IMG/VR virus record: IMGVR_UViG_3300010355_001591
Strand: one strand, 5' to 3'
From: a virus
DNA length: 25,331 nucleotides
Below, piece after piece: positions 1 to 7,430 of this stretch. The notes under the pieces were generated by a model. The model saw only the letters and a list, made by a program, of their open reading frames with translations, was not told the origin of the DNA and did not search any database. Position numbers and translations under genes: made by a program. Position 1 is the first letter of the stretch, and each line of letters starts with the position of its first letter.

Positions 1-127
1 AAACCTCTGATCCCATTCATCAAAATCCAATCTTTTATCCCAGCTCATTGTTATCTTATACAGTCATTTATGGATATAAAGATAACACTTTAACATCTAC
101 ACGTTACCATATCACCATAAGATAACA
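1..127 (+). repeat. Terminal direct repeat, left copy (circularity overlap)
   Basis: 1-127 is identical to 25205-25331; the integrase ORF runs through the junction. Confidence 0.97.
49..127. promoter_or_regulatory. 79-bp module bounded by the 11-bp inverted repeat TGTTATCTTAT/ATAAGATAACA, directly upstream of the integrase
   Basis: Arms at 49-59 and 117-127 are perfect reverse complements; internal GATAAC at 81-86. Confidence 0.5.
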
Positions 128-168
128 TCACCAGATTTTAAAATCTTTTATTTTTTTAAATAGATAGA

Positions 169-248
169 TATATATACCCATAAGTTCTATTAATGCTTGT
201 GAGTATATACATAAGTTTTAATAAAGCAAAACTATATATACCCATAGG
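169..248 (+). promoter_or_regulatory. Tandem TATA-like/operator repeats upstream of the early operon
   Basis: TATATATACCCATA at 169-182 and 233-246, with a partial copy TATATACATAAG at 204-215. Confidence 0.45.
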
Positions 249-257
249 TTGTAGTGT

Positions 258-295
258 AAATTGGAGGCAATAAAAATGGATGAAAAAGAAATAAA
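258..295 (+). repeat. 38-bp direct repeat (RBS plus first codons MDEKEI), copy 1
   Basis: AAATTGGAGGCAATAAAAATGGATGAAAAAGAAATAAA, identical at 948-985. Confidence 0.9.
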
Positions 296-428
296 AAGCT
301 GGGAAATGATAAATGGAATAATAGACACAATAGATTACGAAAGGATTAAGGGGATAAGAAATAAAAACCAGAATTTAGCAGACCATAAAGCAAGAATGGC
401 ATATAGAGAGATGGAAAAAATAATCTAA
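276..428 (+). CDS. Hypothetical protein, 50 aa (MDEKEIKSWEMINGII...)
   Basis: Translated by hand; GGAGG RBS; not in the ORF track. Confidence 0.7.
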   Translation: MDEKEIKSWEMINGIIDTIDYERIKGIRNKNQNLADHKARMAYREMEKII

Positions 429-475
429 CTCTCTATTATTTATTTTTAGAAAAAAAACAAAAATGGAGGTGTAAA

Positions 476-742
476 ATGAAAGCAAATGAAATAAAAACCG
501 TAAGTGAAGTCGATGGTGTTGCAGTAGAGAAAGAGGAGGTAATTGTAGATATGCAAAAAGATGGATGGGTTAATTCAGATGATGAGATCGAAATATTCGG
601 AGATGCTAAAAATCAAGAAGAAAGAGCAAACAGAATGATCGCTTTTTTAAGGAGATATCAGAGCGTTCTGCAAGATGAAACCATCGCCGAAATAGAGGGG
701 GCAGAAGCTCTCTCTATCAAACAGAGAAACACGAAGGTGTGA
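476..742 (+). CDS. Hypothetical acidic protein, 88 aa
   Basis: GGAGGTG RBS; stop overlaps the next gene. Confidence 0.75.
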   Translation: MKANEIKTVSEVDGVAVEKEEVIVDMQKDGWVNSDDEIEIFGDAKNQEERANRMIAFLRRYQSVLQDETIAEIEGAEALSIKQRNTKV

Positions 743-948
743 AAATGGACAAGATAGAACAACATTTTGAATGCGACCTTGATTGGTCACAATCTTATGC
801 CCTTTTCGAAAAATTGGGCGAGGCCATAATATTGAAAAAAATGCAGGAATTAAACGATGAAGAAAGACAAAACTTTGAAATGAGTGTCCAATTTAATATA
901 GAGTTTTACACACGATCAATCTTTGCGTGGCGACATGAGGATGATTAA
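739..948 (+). CDS. Hypothetical protein, about 69 aa (GTG start, or ATG at 745)
   Basis: AAGGTG RBS; operon position. Confidence 0.7.
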   Translation: MKMDKIEQHFECDLDWSQSYALFEKLGEAIILKKMQELNDEERQNFEMSVQFNIEFYTRSIFAWRHEDD

Positions 949-985
949 AATTGGAGGCAATAAAAATGGATGAAAAAGAAATAAA
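948..985 (+). repeat. 38-bp direct repeat, copy 2
   Basis: Identical to 258-295. Confidence 0.9.
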
Positions 986-1280
986 TATGCGGGAGGTTGA
1001 ATATTTCAGCTTCTTCGGGGCTGAGATAGCAAGTGAATATTTCAGCCAGGATGCTGGGATGCTGGAATTTTTAGGACTGTTAGACGAGGATGAAAAAGAA
1101 AGCCTTGTGCTCGATATCATGGTCAACCATGATAAAGAGACGGCACAATGGAGCATCGGAAACTGGAGGGGTGAGACGGTGCACCTATCTATGAAAACGA
1201 GCACGATCGATAACTCACGCTGGGAGGAGGACGATTATTATGGCGTGATGGAGTTCCTTAGATCGACTGGAGTGATCTAA
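966..1280 (+). CDS. Hypothetical acidic protein, 104 aa
   Basis: ATG at 966 follows GGAGG; the TTG at 951 used by the track lies within the RBS. Confidence 0.75.
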   Translation: MDEKEINMREVEYFSFFGAEIASEYFSQDAGMLEFLGLLDEDEKESLVLDIMVNHDKETAQWSIGNWRGETVHLSMKTSTIDNSRWEEDDYYGVMEFLRSTGVI

Positions 1281-1282
1281 AA

Positions 1283-1387
1283 ATGGAGTATGAGTATTGG
1301 AGTTTAGAACAAAAAATAGATCGGCTGGAGAGAAAGCTACGGGAGATCGAGACGAGATTGTTAACTTTAGAGGAGATGATAATATAA
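1283..1387 (+). CDS. Small coiled-coil protein, 34 aa (MEYEYWSLEQKIDRLERKLREIETRLLTLEEMII)
   Basis: Translated by hand; GGAGTGA RBS; heptad Leu/Ile pattern. Confidence 0.6.
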   Translation: MEYEYWSLEQKIDRLERKLREIETRLLTLEEMII

Positions 1388-1408
1388 AAATAAAAATGGA
1401 GGTTAAAA

Positions 1409-1594
1409 ATGAGAGCAATATTTGAGAATGTGAAAGAGGCAATAGCGTGCAAAGTAGATAAGTACGGGCATATCAACGGGTTTAAAACCTATGCAGGGAA
1501 ATCCTGCATAGTAATAATACTTGAGGAGGATACAAATGAGAATTGCGAACGAGATACAACGGAGACGGGTGAGAAGGATTGTAAATTTGACTAA
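1409..1594 (+). CDS. Small protein, possibly DUF2080/AbrB-like swapped-hairpin DNA binder
   Basis: GGAGGT RBS; KVDKYGHI...YAGKSCIVIILE pattern; family call is tentative. Confidence 0.5.
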   Translation: MRAIFENVKEAIACKVDKYGHINGFKTYAGKSCIVIILEEDTNENCERDTTETGEKDCKFD

Positions 1595-1895
1595 ACATGA
1601 GATCACGATCGGGAATGTAATTGTCCCTCCATCTGGCAAAGTGATTCGGTGTAAAAAGAACAAACTACTATCTGAGATTGTCGAGTATGAGGGGAAAGAG
1701 ATAGAGGTGTATGAGTATGAGTATAGAGAAGTAAAATCAATACCGGAGCGAGAGGATGGGACGATTTATCTCACGTCTTATCCTGTCGCAAAAATACTCT
1801 GCCGGGATGATATCTATTGCATGGGTGAGGTTGTCAGAGATGAGAGCGGAAGAATACTCGGTGCGATGTGCCTATCAAATTTTGAGAAGAGATGA
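1536..1895 (+). CDS. Conserved phage/CRISPR-linked family protein (NLTxH...PPSG...VRD..GRI.G); candidate Crn4-like ring nuclease
   Basis: IVNLTKHEI, VPPSGKVIR, IPEREDGTIYLTS, RDD, VVRDESGRILG; ATG at 1536 follows GAGGAGG. Confidence 0.55.
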   Translation: MRIANEIQRRRVRRIVNLTKHEITIGNVIVPPSGKVIRCKKNKLLSEIVEYEGKEIEVYEYEYREVKSIPEREDGTIYLTSYPVAKILCRDDIYCMGEVVRDESGRILGAMCLSNFEKR

Positions 1896-1905
1896 TAGGA
1901 AAAAG

Positions 1906-2061
1906 ATGAGTAATATGTTTTTATCAAAACTGCCGCCGTGTACGGCTCGGCTTGGAAAGATGCAATATGGATATGCAATTATATTTTGTGATGTGCTGTA
2001 TTCCAAAATAGATCCTGAAGAATGTTTGATATGCAAATTTAGGCAGGATGTGGAGGGGTAA
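1906..2061 (+). CDS. Small Cys-containing protein, 51 aa (C...C...CLIC), possible Zn binder
   Basis: 3' part of track ORF 1756-2061; start reassigned to ATG at 1906. Confidence 0.55.
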   Translation: MSNMFLSKLPPCTARLGKMQYGYAIIFCDVLYSKIDPEECLICKFRQDVEG

Positions 2062-2208
2062 ATGGGATATGAAATGTTAACAGCGGATGAGAAAAAATAT
2101 TATGTCAAATGTCTAAAAGAGGCAAAAAATATTGTTGGGATATCTGGCGATCCGATATCAGATGCAATATTAATATCTGCAGTATTTTTAAGGCTATCCG
2201 GCCGATGA
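2062..2208 (+). CDS. Hypothetical protein, 48 aa (MGYEMLTADEKKYYVKCLKEAK...)
   Basis: Translated by hand; GGAGGGG RBS; abuts the previous stop. Confidence 0.6.
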   Translation: MGYEMLTADEKKYYVKCLKEAKNIVGISGDPISDAILISAVFLRLSGR

Positions 2209-2327
2209 TAAATGAAGGTGGACTATAAAATGGTAGCAGCTGAATAGCCCTAAATATAATATACATTATAATATTTAAACGTTTCCTTTTTTGTTCTTTG
2301 TATGTATTTTTAACTGGGGGGTAAAAT

Positions 2328-2537
2328 ATGGTAAATAATAAAAAAAATAATGATGAGGACTCCATCGATGATATTCTCGATGATGACGAGTTCGTAAGAA
2401 TGCTCGTATATCTGTTAAAGAGGAAGGCAGGGGATATTGCAGATGAGATGCGTACCGGCAAAGTATCATCTAAAAACGGTGAGATCGTAAAAGATCTCTG
2501 TCAAATGGTTGTTGATCGGGAGAGAGGGGAGAGGTAA
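2328..2537 (+). CDS. Hypothetical protein, 69 aa, translationally coupled to the helicase
   Basis: GGGGGGT RBS; TAATG overlap at 2535-2539. Confidence 0.7.
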   Translation: MVNNKKNNDEDSIDDILDDDEFVRMLVYLLKRKAGDIADEMRTGKVSSKNGEIVKDLCQMVVDRERGER

Positions 2538-3937
2538 TGGATGAGAAAGAGCAGGCAAAAAAGATCGAGTTTTTGGATCGGATTTTGGATTATGACGGCA
2601 ACGAATATCTTGACGAGTTGTGCTTGGATGAGAAATACAGACCAGATATTGGTAAGATCCTTGCACGACTTTTTTCTATTTATAGTTTCAAAACATCAGA
2701 GGATACGGAGACGGTATATTATTTTGATGCTGGGATATATCGAGAGGCTGAGACGTTCATAAAAAACAAGATCGAGGAGATATTTCAAGAGAAGGCGACA
2801 ACGCATCTGGTTATCGAGATTATCAATCACATTAAACGAGCAACGTATGTGCCACGGGAAGAGTTCAACAAAAATAAAAACTATCTGCCTGTGAAAAATG
2901 GATTGATCAATCTTGAGACGTTTGAGATTGAGCCGTTTGATCCAGAGAAGATTTTCACCTTCAAGATAGACGTAGAGTATGATCCCACGGCTGACTGCCC
3001 CCTGTTCAAAAAAACCATATCAGAGGTGGTAGATGAAGAGGATATTCCCGTTCTTCAGGAGTTCTTCGGATACTGTTTGTATCCTGCAATGCCGACTCAT
3101 AAGTCTTTCTGGCTATACGGAGGGGGTAGAAACGGCAAATCAACGGTTGTCAATATTTTAAAATATCTGCTTGGGGATGGAAATTATGCCTCTGTACCAT
3201 TAGATCAATTATACGGGGATAACCGGTTCTCAAAGGCGAATCTGTATGGAAAGATGGCAAACATTATACCTGAACCAAACTCAAAACGAGAGATGGAGAC
3301 CACTGAGTTTAAAATGTTGACTGGTGGTGATACTGTCGATGCCGAGGTGAAAAATAAACAAAAACCAATACGGTTTGTCAACTTTGCAAAGTTCATCATA
3401 CATGGGAACAGATTTCCAACAGTAAAAGATAACACAACCGCATTCTGGGAGAGGATGCTCGTCATCAAATTTCCAAATACATTTTTAGATGACGATCCTG
3501 CAACAATAAAGGATCTCGATAAGAATATTGTTGAAGCAGGTGAGATGCCAGGAATATTAAACTGGTGCATAGACGGACTGAGGAGATTGATGAATAATAA
3601 CTTCAGATTTACGTTGAGCAAGGGTATTGAGGATATTAAACTGGAGTTTATGAAGATGTCAAACTCTGCGATGGCATTTGTCGATGAGGCATGCACACTA
3701 AAGCCTGATCTATGGATTGTAGTAGCAGATCTTTACAATCACTATAAGGATTGGTGTGAGGAGAATGGTGTTGATTCTGTATCCAAGGATAAGTTCTCTA
3801 AAACATTGGGAGATATACCACGAGTCAAATTAGATAGAAAGAGAGTAGATGGTATATTAAAGAGAGTGGCGATAGGTATAAACATAAAAGATGATAATAT
3901 CGATGATAAAGAGGATTTGGATAATTGGATATCATGA
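2537..3937 (+). CDS. D5/P4-family SF3 replicative helicase (D5_N, ATPase, C-terminal winged helix); no primase domain
   Basis: VKNGLINLET...F.PFDP (D5_N); Walker A GGGRNGKST; LYGKMANII; FKMLTGGD; AFWERMLVIKF; LYNHYKDWCEENG. Confidence 0.92.
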   Translation: MDEKEQAKKIEFLDRILDYDGNEYLDELCLDEKYRPDIGKILARLFSIYSFKTSEDTETVYYFDAGIYREAETFIKNKIEEIFQEKATTHLVIEIINHIKRATYVPREEFNKNKNYLPVKNGLINLETFEIEPFDPEKIFTFKIDVEYDPTADCPLFKKTISEVVDEEDIPVLQEFFGYCLYPAMPTHKSFWLYGGGRNGKSTVVNILKYLLGDGNYASVPLDQLYGDNRFSKANLYGKMANIIPEPNSKREMETTEFKMLTGGDTVDAEVKNKQKPIRFVNFAKFIIHGNRFPTVKDNTTAFWERMLVIKFPNTFLDDDPATIKDLDKNIVEAGEMPGILNWCIDGLRRLMNNNFRFTLSKGIEDIKLEFMKMSNSAMAFVDEACTLKPDLWIVVADLYNHYKDWCEENGVDSVSKDKFSKTLGDIPRVKLDRKRVDGILKRVAIGINIKDDNIDDKEDLDNWIS

Positions 3938-3946
3938 TTTTTTTTT
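3938..3946 (+). terminator. Oligo-T archaeal-type terminator after the helicase
   Basis: T9 run immediately after the TGA. Confidence 0.5.
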
Positions 3947-3952
3947 AACCTA

Positions 3953-4135
3953 TGACAGCTGTGACAGCTGTGACAGCTGTGACAGCGATTATATTCTCCT
4001 ATTCTATGCTTTTTCTTATATATAAAGACTTCCAACATATATATATCGTTATATATAATGTGCATACCTTTATATACATTCCCGTTTGCAGATTCCGAGT
4101 ATATAGAAGGTGTCACAGCTGTCACAGCTGTCACA
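3953..4135. repeat. Putative replication origin: 9-bp iterons forming a 25-bp perfect inverted repeat around an AT-rich spacer
   Basis: TGACAGCTG x3 plus a partial copy at 3953-3986; 3960-3984 is the exact reverse complement of 4111-4135; 126-bp TA-rich spacer; directly downstream of the helicase. Confidence 0.7.
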
Positions 4136-4215
4136 CTTTATAGTAAATAATAAAAAAGTAATAAATAATAAAAGAGTTAATATAAATATAGATCATGGAT
4201 CTCAATCAAAAGAGA

Positions 4216-4294
4216 TGTTATCATATATCTATATCATAACGATATCCATAAAAAAAGTTATCTCTCCTTGGTAAAAAATAAGAATAAGATAACA
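4216..4294. promoter_or_regulatory. Second 79-bp module with near-identical inverted arms
   Basis: TGTTATCATAT at 4216-4226 and ATAAGATAACA at 4284-4294; same span as 49-127. Confidence 0.45.
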
Positions 4295-4404
4295 AAACAA
4301 ACTACTCAGTTATAAAAACCATGTCTCAATAACAAGCTTGGCAATAAACAGGATCATCAATAAATATAACATGATTAAAATTTTTTTATACCATCATCCA
4401 TACC

Positions 4405-4896
4405 TCATCTCCCGAATATCCTGCTGAGTAACCCTCTTCCACTTTTCATCCCTTCCTCTTTTTGAGTAGGCACCGGTTCGCCACCTATCGCAGAAAGCAC
4501 CTCTTTTCTACCGTACCGGTTAGATCCAATAGACGAAAGACAAAACCCGATAATAAACTCGTCAATTTCTTTTGATCTGTTCCCGAGTGTCTTCTCTATA
4601 TCAGCATTCATCATTAGCAATACTGGCATGATAGCCCTCGAGTTCCCTTGCAGGTCTGACATTGCGATCAGCCGATGCAGGCTCTCTTCATCACCAGTGC
4701 GAGCTCTTGGTATCAACCCGTTGACGATATCCTCAATATCATCCCTAAGTCGTTCCTCTACAAGTGGTCGTCTTGCGTACGTCATCACCTCTTGCCCGTC
4801 ATCAGCATCTTTGTCTATTATCTCATCATCAATATCGTCGTCTACATCTCCGACATCATCATATTCCTGCCCATCTCTTTTTTTATTTTGAGCCAT
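4405..4896 (-). CDS. Hypothetical protein, 163 aa, with acidic N-terminus
   Basis: GAGGAGGT RBS; last gene of the minus-strand ATPase block. Confidence 0.8.
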   Translation of the reverse strand: MAQNKKRDGQEYDDVGDVDDDIDDEIIDKDADDGQEVMTYARRPLVEERLRDDIEDIVNGLIPRARTGDEESLHRLIAMSDLQGNSRAIMPVLLMMNADIEKTLGNRSKEIDEFIIGFCLSSIGSNRYGRKEVLSAIGGEPVPTQKEEGMKSGRGLLSRIFGR

Positions 4897-4914
4897 TTTA
4901 TACCTCCTCTATTT

Positions 4915-5070
4915 TTATATTGGCATCATGCACAACCCGCATAGTTCATCGACATACTTGATCAGGTCTTGCAGTGACCGATCAAAATACGATATCATCG
5001 TATTGCAATACCATTCTGGATACGATATACATATCATGCAGTCTATTATAGCACCAAACACCTCGGCCAT
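4915..5070 (-). CDS. Small Cys-rich protein, 51 aa (MAEVFGAIIDCMICISYPEWYCNTMISYFDRSLQDLIKYVDELCGLCMMPI)
   Basis: Translated by hand; fills the gap between neighbours; CxxC twice. Confidence 0.6.
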   Translation of the reverse strand: MAEVFGAIIDCMICISYPEWYCNTMISYFDRSLQDLIKYVDELCGLCMMPI

Positions 5071-5101
5071 TTTATACCATCTCTTTTGTTAGGATCCTCG
5101 C

Positions 5102-5614
5102 TCATCCAAAGAAGACGAACAGAATCAGTATCAGGACTATGACACCCATCAAAATACCCATGAAATCAACGCCTCGCTCTTGCTGGTGCATTCCACGAAT
5201 AGCATCCTCTATGATATGACTACCAACATATTTAGACACCCAAGACGGATCTATTTTTGATCCTATTTTTACATCGTTATTATTTTTGTCTTTATCTGGT
5301 GTATCCATATCCATTATACTCTTTTTGGCATCATCAATGCTTGTGTCACAATCAAAAGACATATTGAGAGCATCATTAACATACAATACTTTGCCGAGTG
5401 CATTGTCATATTCATAGATATATATATCCCGATCGTTCCAGATCAGATCCGGGGCATCTTTTCTAATAAAGAGTTTGCCACCCCACTCGAATTTATCCGT
5501 ACTAAACGGCTCGTTATCAACGCCGATCACTTCGTTATCTCTCATTATCCACGCTTGACAATACCGTTTACCTCTTCTTTTATGCTGCCATATTTGATAT
5601 GCAGAAAGCGACAT
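5102..5614 (-). CDS. C-terminally membrane-anchored protein, 170 aa (probable assembly-module component)
   Basis: C-terminal TM FMGILMGVIVLILILFVFFG; adjacent to the ATPase. Confidence 0.75.
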   Translation of the reverse strand: MSLSAYQIWQHKRRGKRYCQAWIMRDNEVIGVDNEPFSTDKFEWGGKLFIRKDAPDLIWNDRDIYIYEYDNALGKVLYVNDALNMSFDCDTSIDDAKKSIMDMDTPDKDKNNNDVKIGSKIDPSWVSKYVGSHIIEDAIRGMHQQERGVDFMGILMGVIVLILILFVFFG

Positions 5615-5617
5615 TTT

Positions 5618-5890
5618 TTATTTACCCCTCATATTTCGTATTGCCTGCCGTGCAAAAAAAACAAAGTACAGAACTCCAAGCAGGGCAACCATCACAGCAA
5701 AGATTGCATTAGTACTGAACATCATTAGCGCTATGAATATCGACGCAAATCCTAAAAATAATGCCAACAGGTTAAACCGTGTCATTGCATGTATGAACAT
5801 CACCGCTATATATATTATGAAAAAACCAACATAAGGGACAAAACTCCCTACATCAGATAAAGCCGCCTCAAAAATAGGCACGTTATCCAT
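5618..5890 (-). CDS. Small integral membrane protein, 90 aa, about 3 TM
   Basis: Three hydrophobic stretches, basic C-tail, AGGAG RBS. Confidence 0.75.
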   Translation of the reverse strand: MDNVPIFEAALSDVGSFVPYVGFFIIYIAVMFIHAMTRFNLLALFLGFASIFIALMMFSTNAIFAVMVALLGVLYFVFFARQAIRNMRGK

Positions 5891-6075
5891 TTTTTAGCTC
5901 CTTTTTATCATTTATTTTTAAAATTTAAAAATTTTAAAATTGTATAATATATATCTATTATAATAAAATATAAAGATATCCGTCAAGCAAAAAAAAATTT
6001 TCATTGTGGATATATACTGGGATTATATTGACGCAGGTAAAATGTATGGACGGACAATTCTCTTAAAGTCCTCAT

Positions 6076-7140
6076 TTATCCAATAACGGAAGTATTTTCA
6101 TTCAAATCCTTTGCCATCGTATGGCTACCATTTAATTCTCTGACTCTTAAATCTCTGATCCTATACTGCACCTGTTTAGCATGTGATAGAGCCTTTTTAA
6201 CATTCGTCTCTTTATCATTATACTTGTCTGCGATCTCTTTTATGGTCATACCGTCTATATATTCATCCGCATAAATTTGATATTTGTCTCTGTCTTTGTT
6301 CTTATCTATCTCGTCATGTTGCTCAATTTTATCGATATTTTTGCCCAGTTTATTGAACATATCCAGTTTTTTATCCTCATATTCTTTGATGATACGGTCT
6401 GATGGTTTACCCAGACGTATATCATTGATCTTTTTGTATGTTCCTGTGTTCTCATCAAATATAATCGGTCTATGCTTGTATATCTTGCCATAGTTTGGCT
6501 CTTTCTCTATGAAAAATGTTTTTAATATCGTATGCCCCCACGCCATATTGACTCCTTTTGTGATTCCTTGCACTAATGTTCTCTCTCGGAGGATCTTGTC
6601 AACTTCATAGAAAGACGGGGCAGTCAGGATGAAAAAGTTCCGTCGTGCACGTACCATGTCAAAATATTTTGTCAACCATTTAGAAAGTTTCGTCATTGAA
6701 TCCCTGCTATGGGCAAACGTCTCGACGTCATCCAATATTATTGTTTTTCTACCCTCCTCAACTCGGTCTCTCATCTCTCGGAGAGAGAAACAAACCGAGT
6801 CGACATCAAACTCGTCATCAGTGAGTATGCCTAATTTTATTGCAGAGTACGATTTACCACTTCCTGTCTGACCGTTAATCATCATCACACAGTTTAGTTT
6901 TGGCTCTGGCTGGTATATTCGTTTAACGATCCATGACACTACAGGATTGAGCACCTTCATGCCATCCCATGCAGCCAGCGGATCCATAAAATCGATATCG
7001 TCTATATTGAGCGGTCTAACATGATAATCTGTATCGGCTGACATTTTTTCTTGCTCAATATAAAAATCTCTAAAAGCCTGTCGTCTTGTTTCTATTTTAG
7101 ATGCGATGACAGGTTTTACACCATTAAAAAGTTTAACCAT
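6076..7140 (-). CDS. AAA+/P-loop ATPase of archaeal-virus type with C-terminal HTH-like extension
   Basis: Walker A GQTGSGKS; Walker B IILDD; R-x-RNFFILTAP..EVDKILR; GMTIKEIADKYN HTH-like segment; start at 7140 follows GGAGG. Confidence 0.85.
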   Translation of the reverse strand: MVKLFNGVKPVIASKIETRRQAFRDFYIEQEKMSADTDYHVRPLNIDDIDFMDPLAAWDGMKVLNPVVSWIVKRIYQPEPKLNCVMMINGQTGSGKSYSAIKLGILTDDEFDVDSVCFSLREMRDRVEEGRKTIILDDVETFAHSRDSMTKLSKWLTKYFDMVRARRNFFILTAPSFYEVDKILRERTLVQGITKGVNMAWGHTILKTFFIEKEPNYGKIYKHRPIIFDENTGTYKKINDIRLGKPSDRIIKEYEDKKLDMFNKLGKNIDKIEQHDEIDKNKDRDKYQIYADEYIDGMTIKEIADKYNDKETNVKKALSHAKQVQYRIRDLRVRELNGSHTMAKDLNENTSVIG

Positions 7141-7179
7141 TTTAACCTTATCCCTCCTTTTATCCAATTTATGATTAAC

Positions 7180-7215
7180 TTTATATATTATAAGATAACA
7201 TTTATAATATATAAA
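7180..7215. promoter_or_regulatory. Perfect 14-8-14 palindrome in the divergent promoter region (overlapping TATA boxes or recombinase site)
   Basis: TTTATATATTATAA-GATAACAT-TTATAATATATAAA. Confidence 0.6.
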
Positions 7216-7233
7216 TATCGTGGAGGTATAAAC

Positions 7234-7407
7234 ACGTCTATATTAAGAGATCTTGAACAGATAGGGAAAGCGGCAATGGGTAAAGATACCGACTCCCCAG
7301 AATCTCCCGCTCTATATTCTGAATACCTGTTTATAAAGGCAATACAAGAGAGAAAAAAAGAGAAAAAAAGAAAAAAACAACAAAATAAAAAAGATAAAAA
7401 AGAGTGA
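7234..7407 (+). CDS. Small protein with Lys-rich tail (ACG at the start position, or ATG at 7276)
   Basis: GGAGGT RBS followed by an in-frame ACG; open to TGA at 7407. Confidence 0.4.
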   Translation, partial: TSILRDLEQIGKAAMGKDTDSPESPALYSEYLFIKAIQERKKEKKRKKQQNKKDKKE

Positions 7408-7424
7408 CCATGTCGATAATAATA
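7363..7424 (+). repeat. 62-bp direct repeat, copy 1
   Basis: Identical to 7734-7795 (...GAGTGACCATGTCGATAATAATA). Confidence 0.9.
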
Positions 7425-7430
7425 TAAAGT

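Noticed and set aside
1-127. 127-bp terminal repeat as a biological terminal repeat of a linear virion DNA
   Set aside because: The length equals a common assembler k-mer (127) and the repeat cuts through the integrase ORF, so it is best read as a circular-contig overlap
3953-4135. CRISPR or mini-CRISPR array
   Set aside because: Units are 9 bp, contiguous and without unique spacers; none of the other repeats has repeat-spacer structure either
3742-4143. ORFs beginning MTAVTAVT on both strands
   Set aside because: Translations of the 9-bp iterons; no RBS, and one overlaps the helicase antisense
5900-5975. AT-rich short palindromes upstream of the 90-aa membrane gene as a recombination site
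   Set aside because: Arms of only about 7 bp in nearly pure A/T sequence are expected by chance or as promoter DNA
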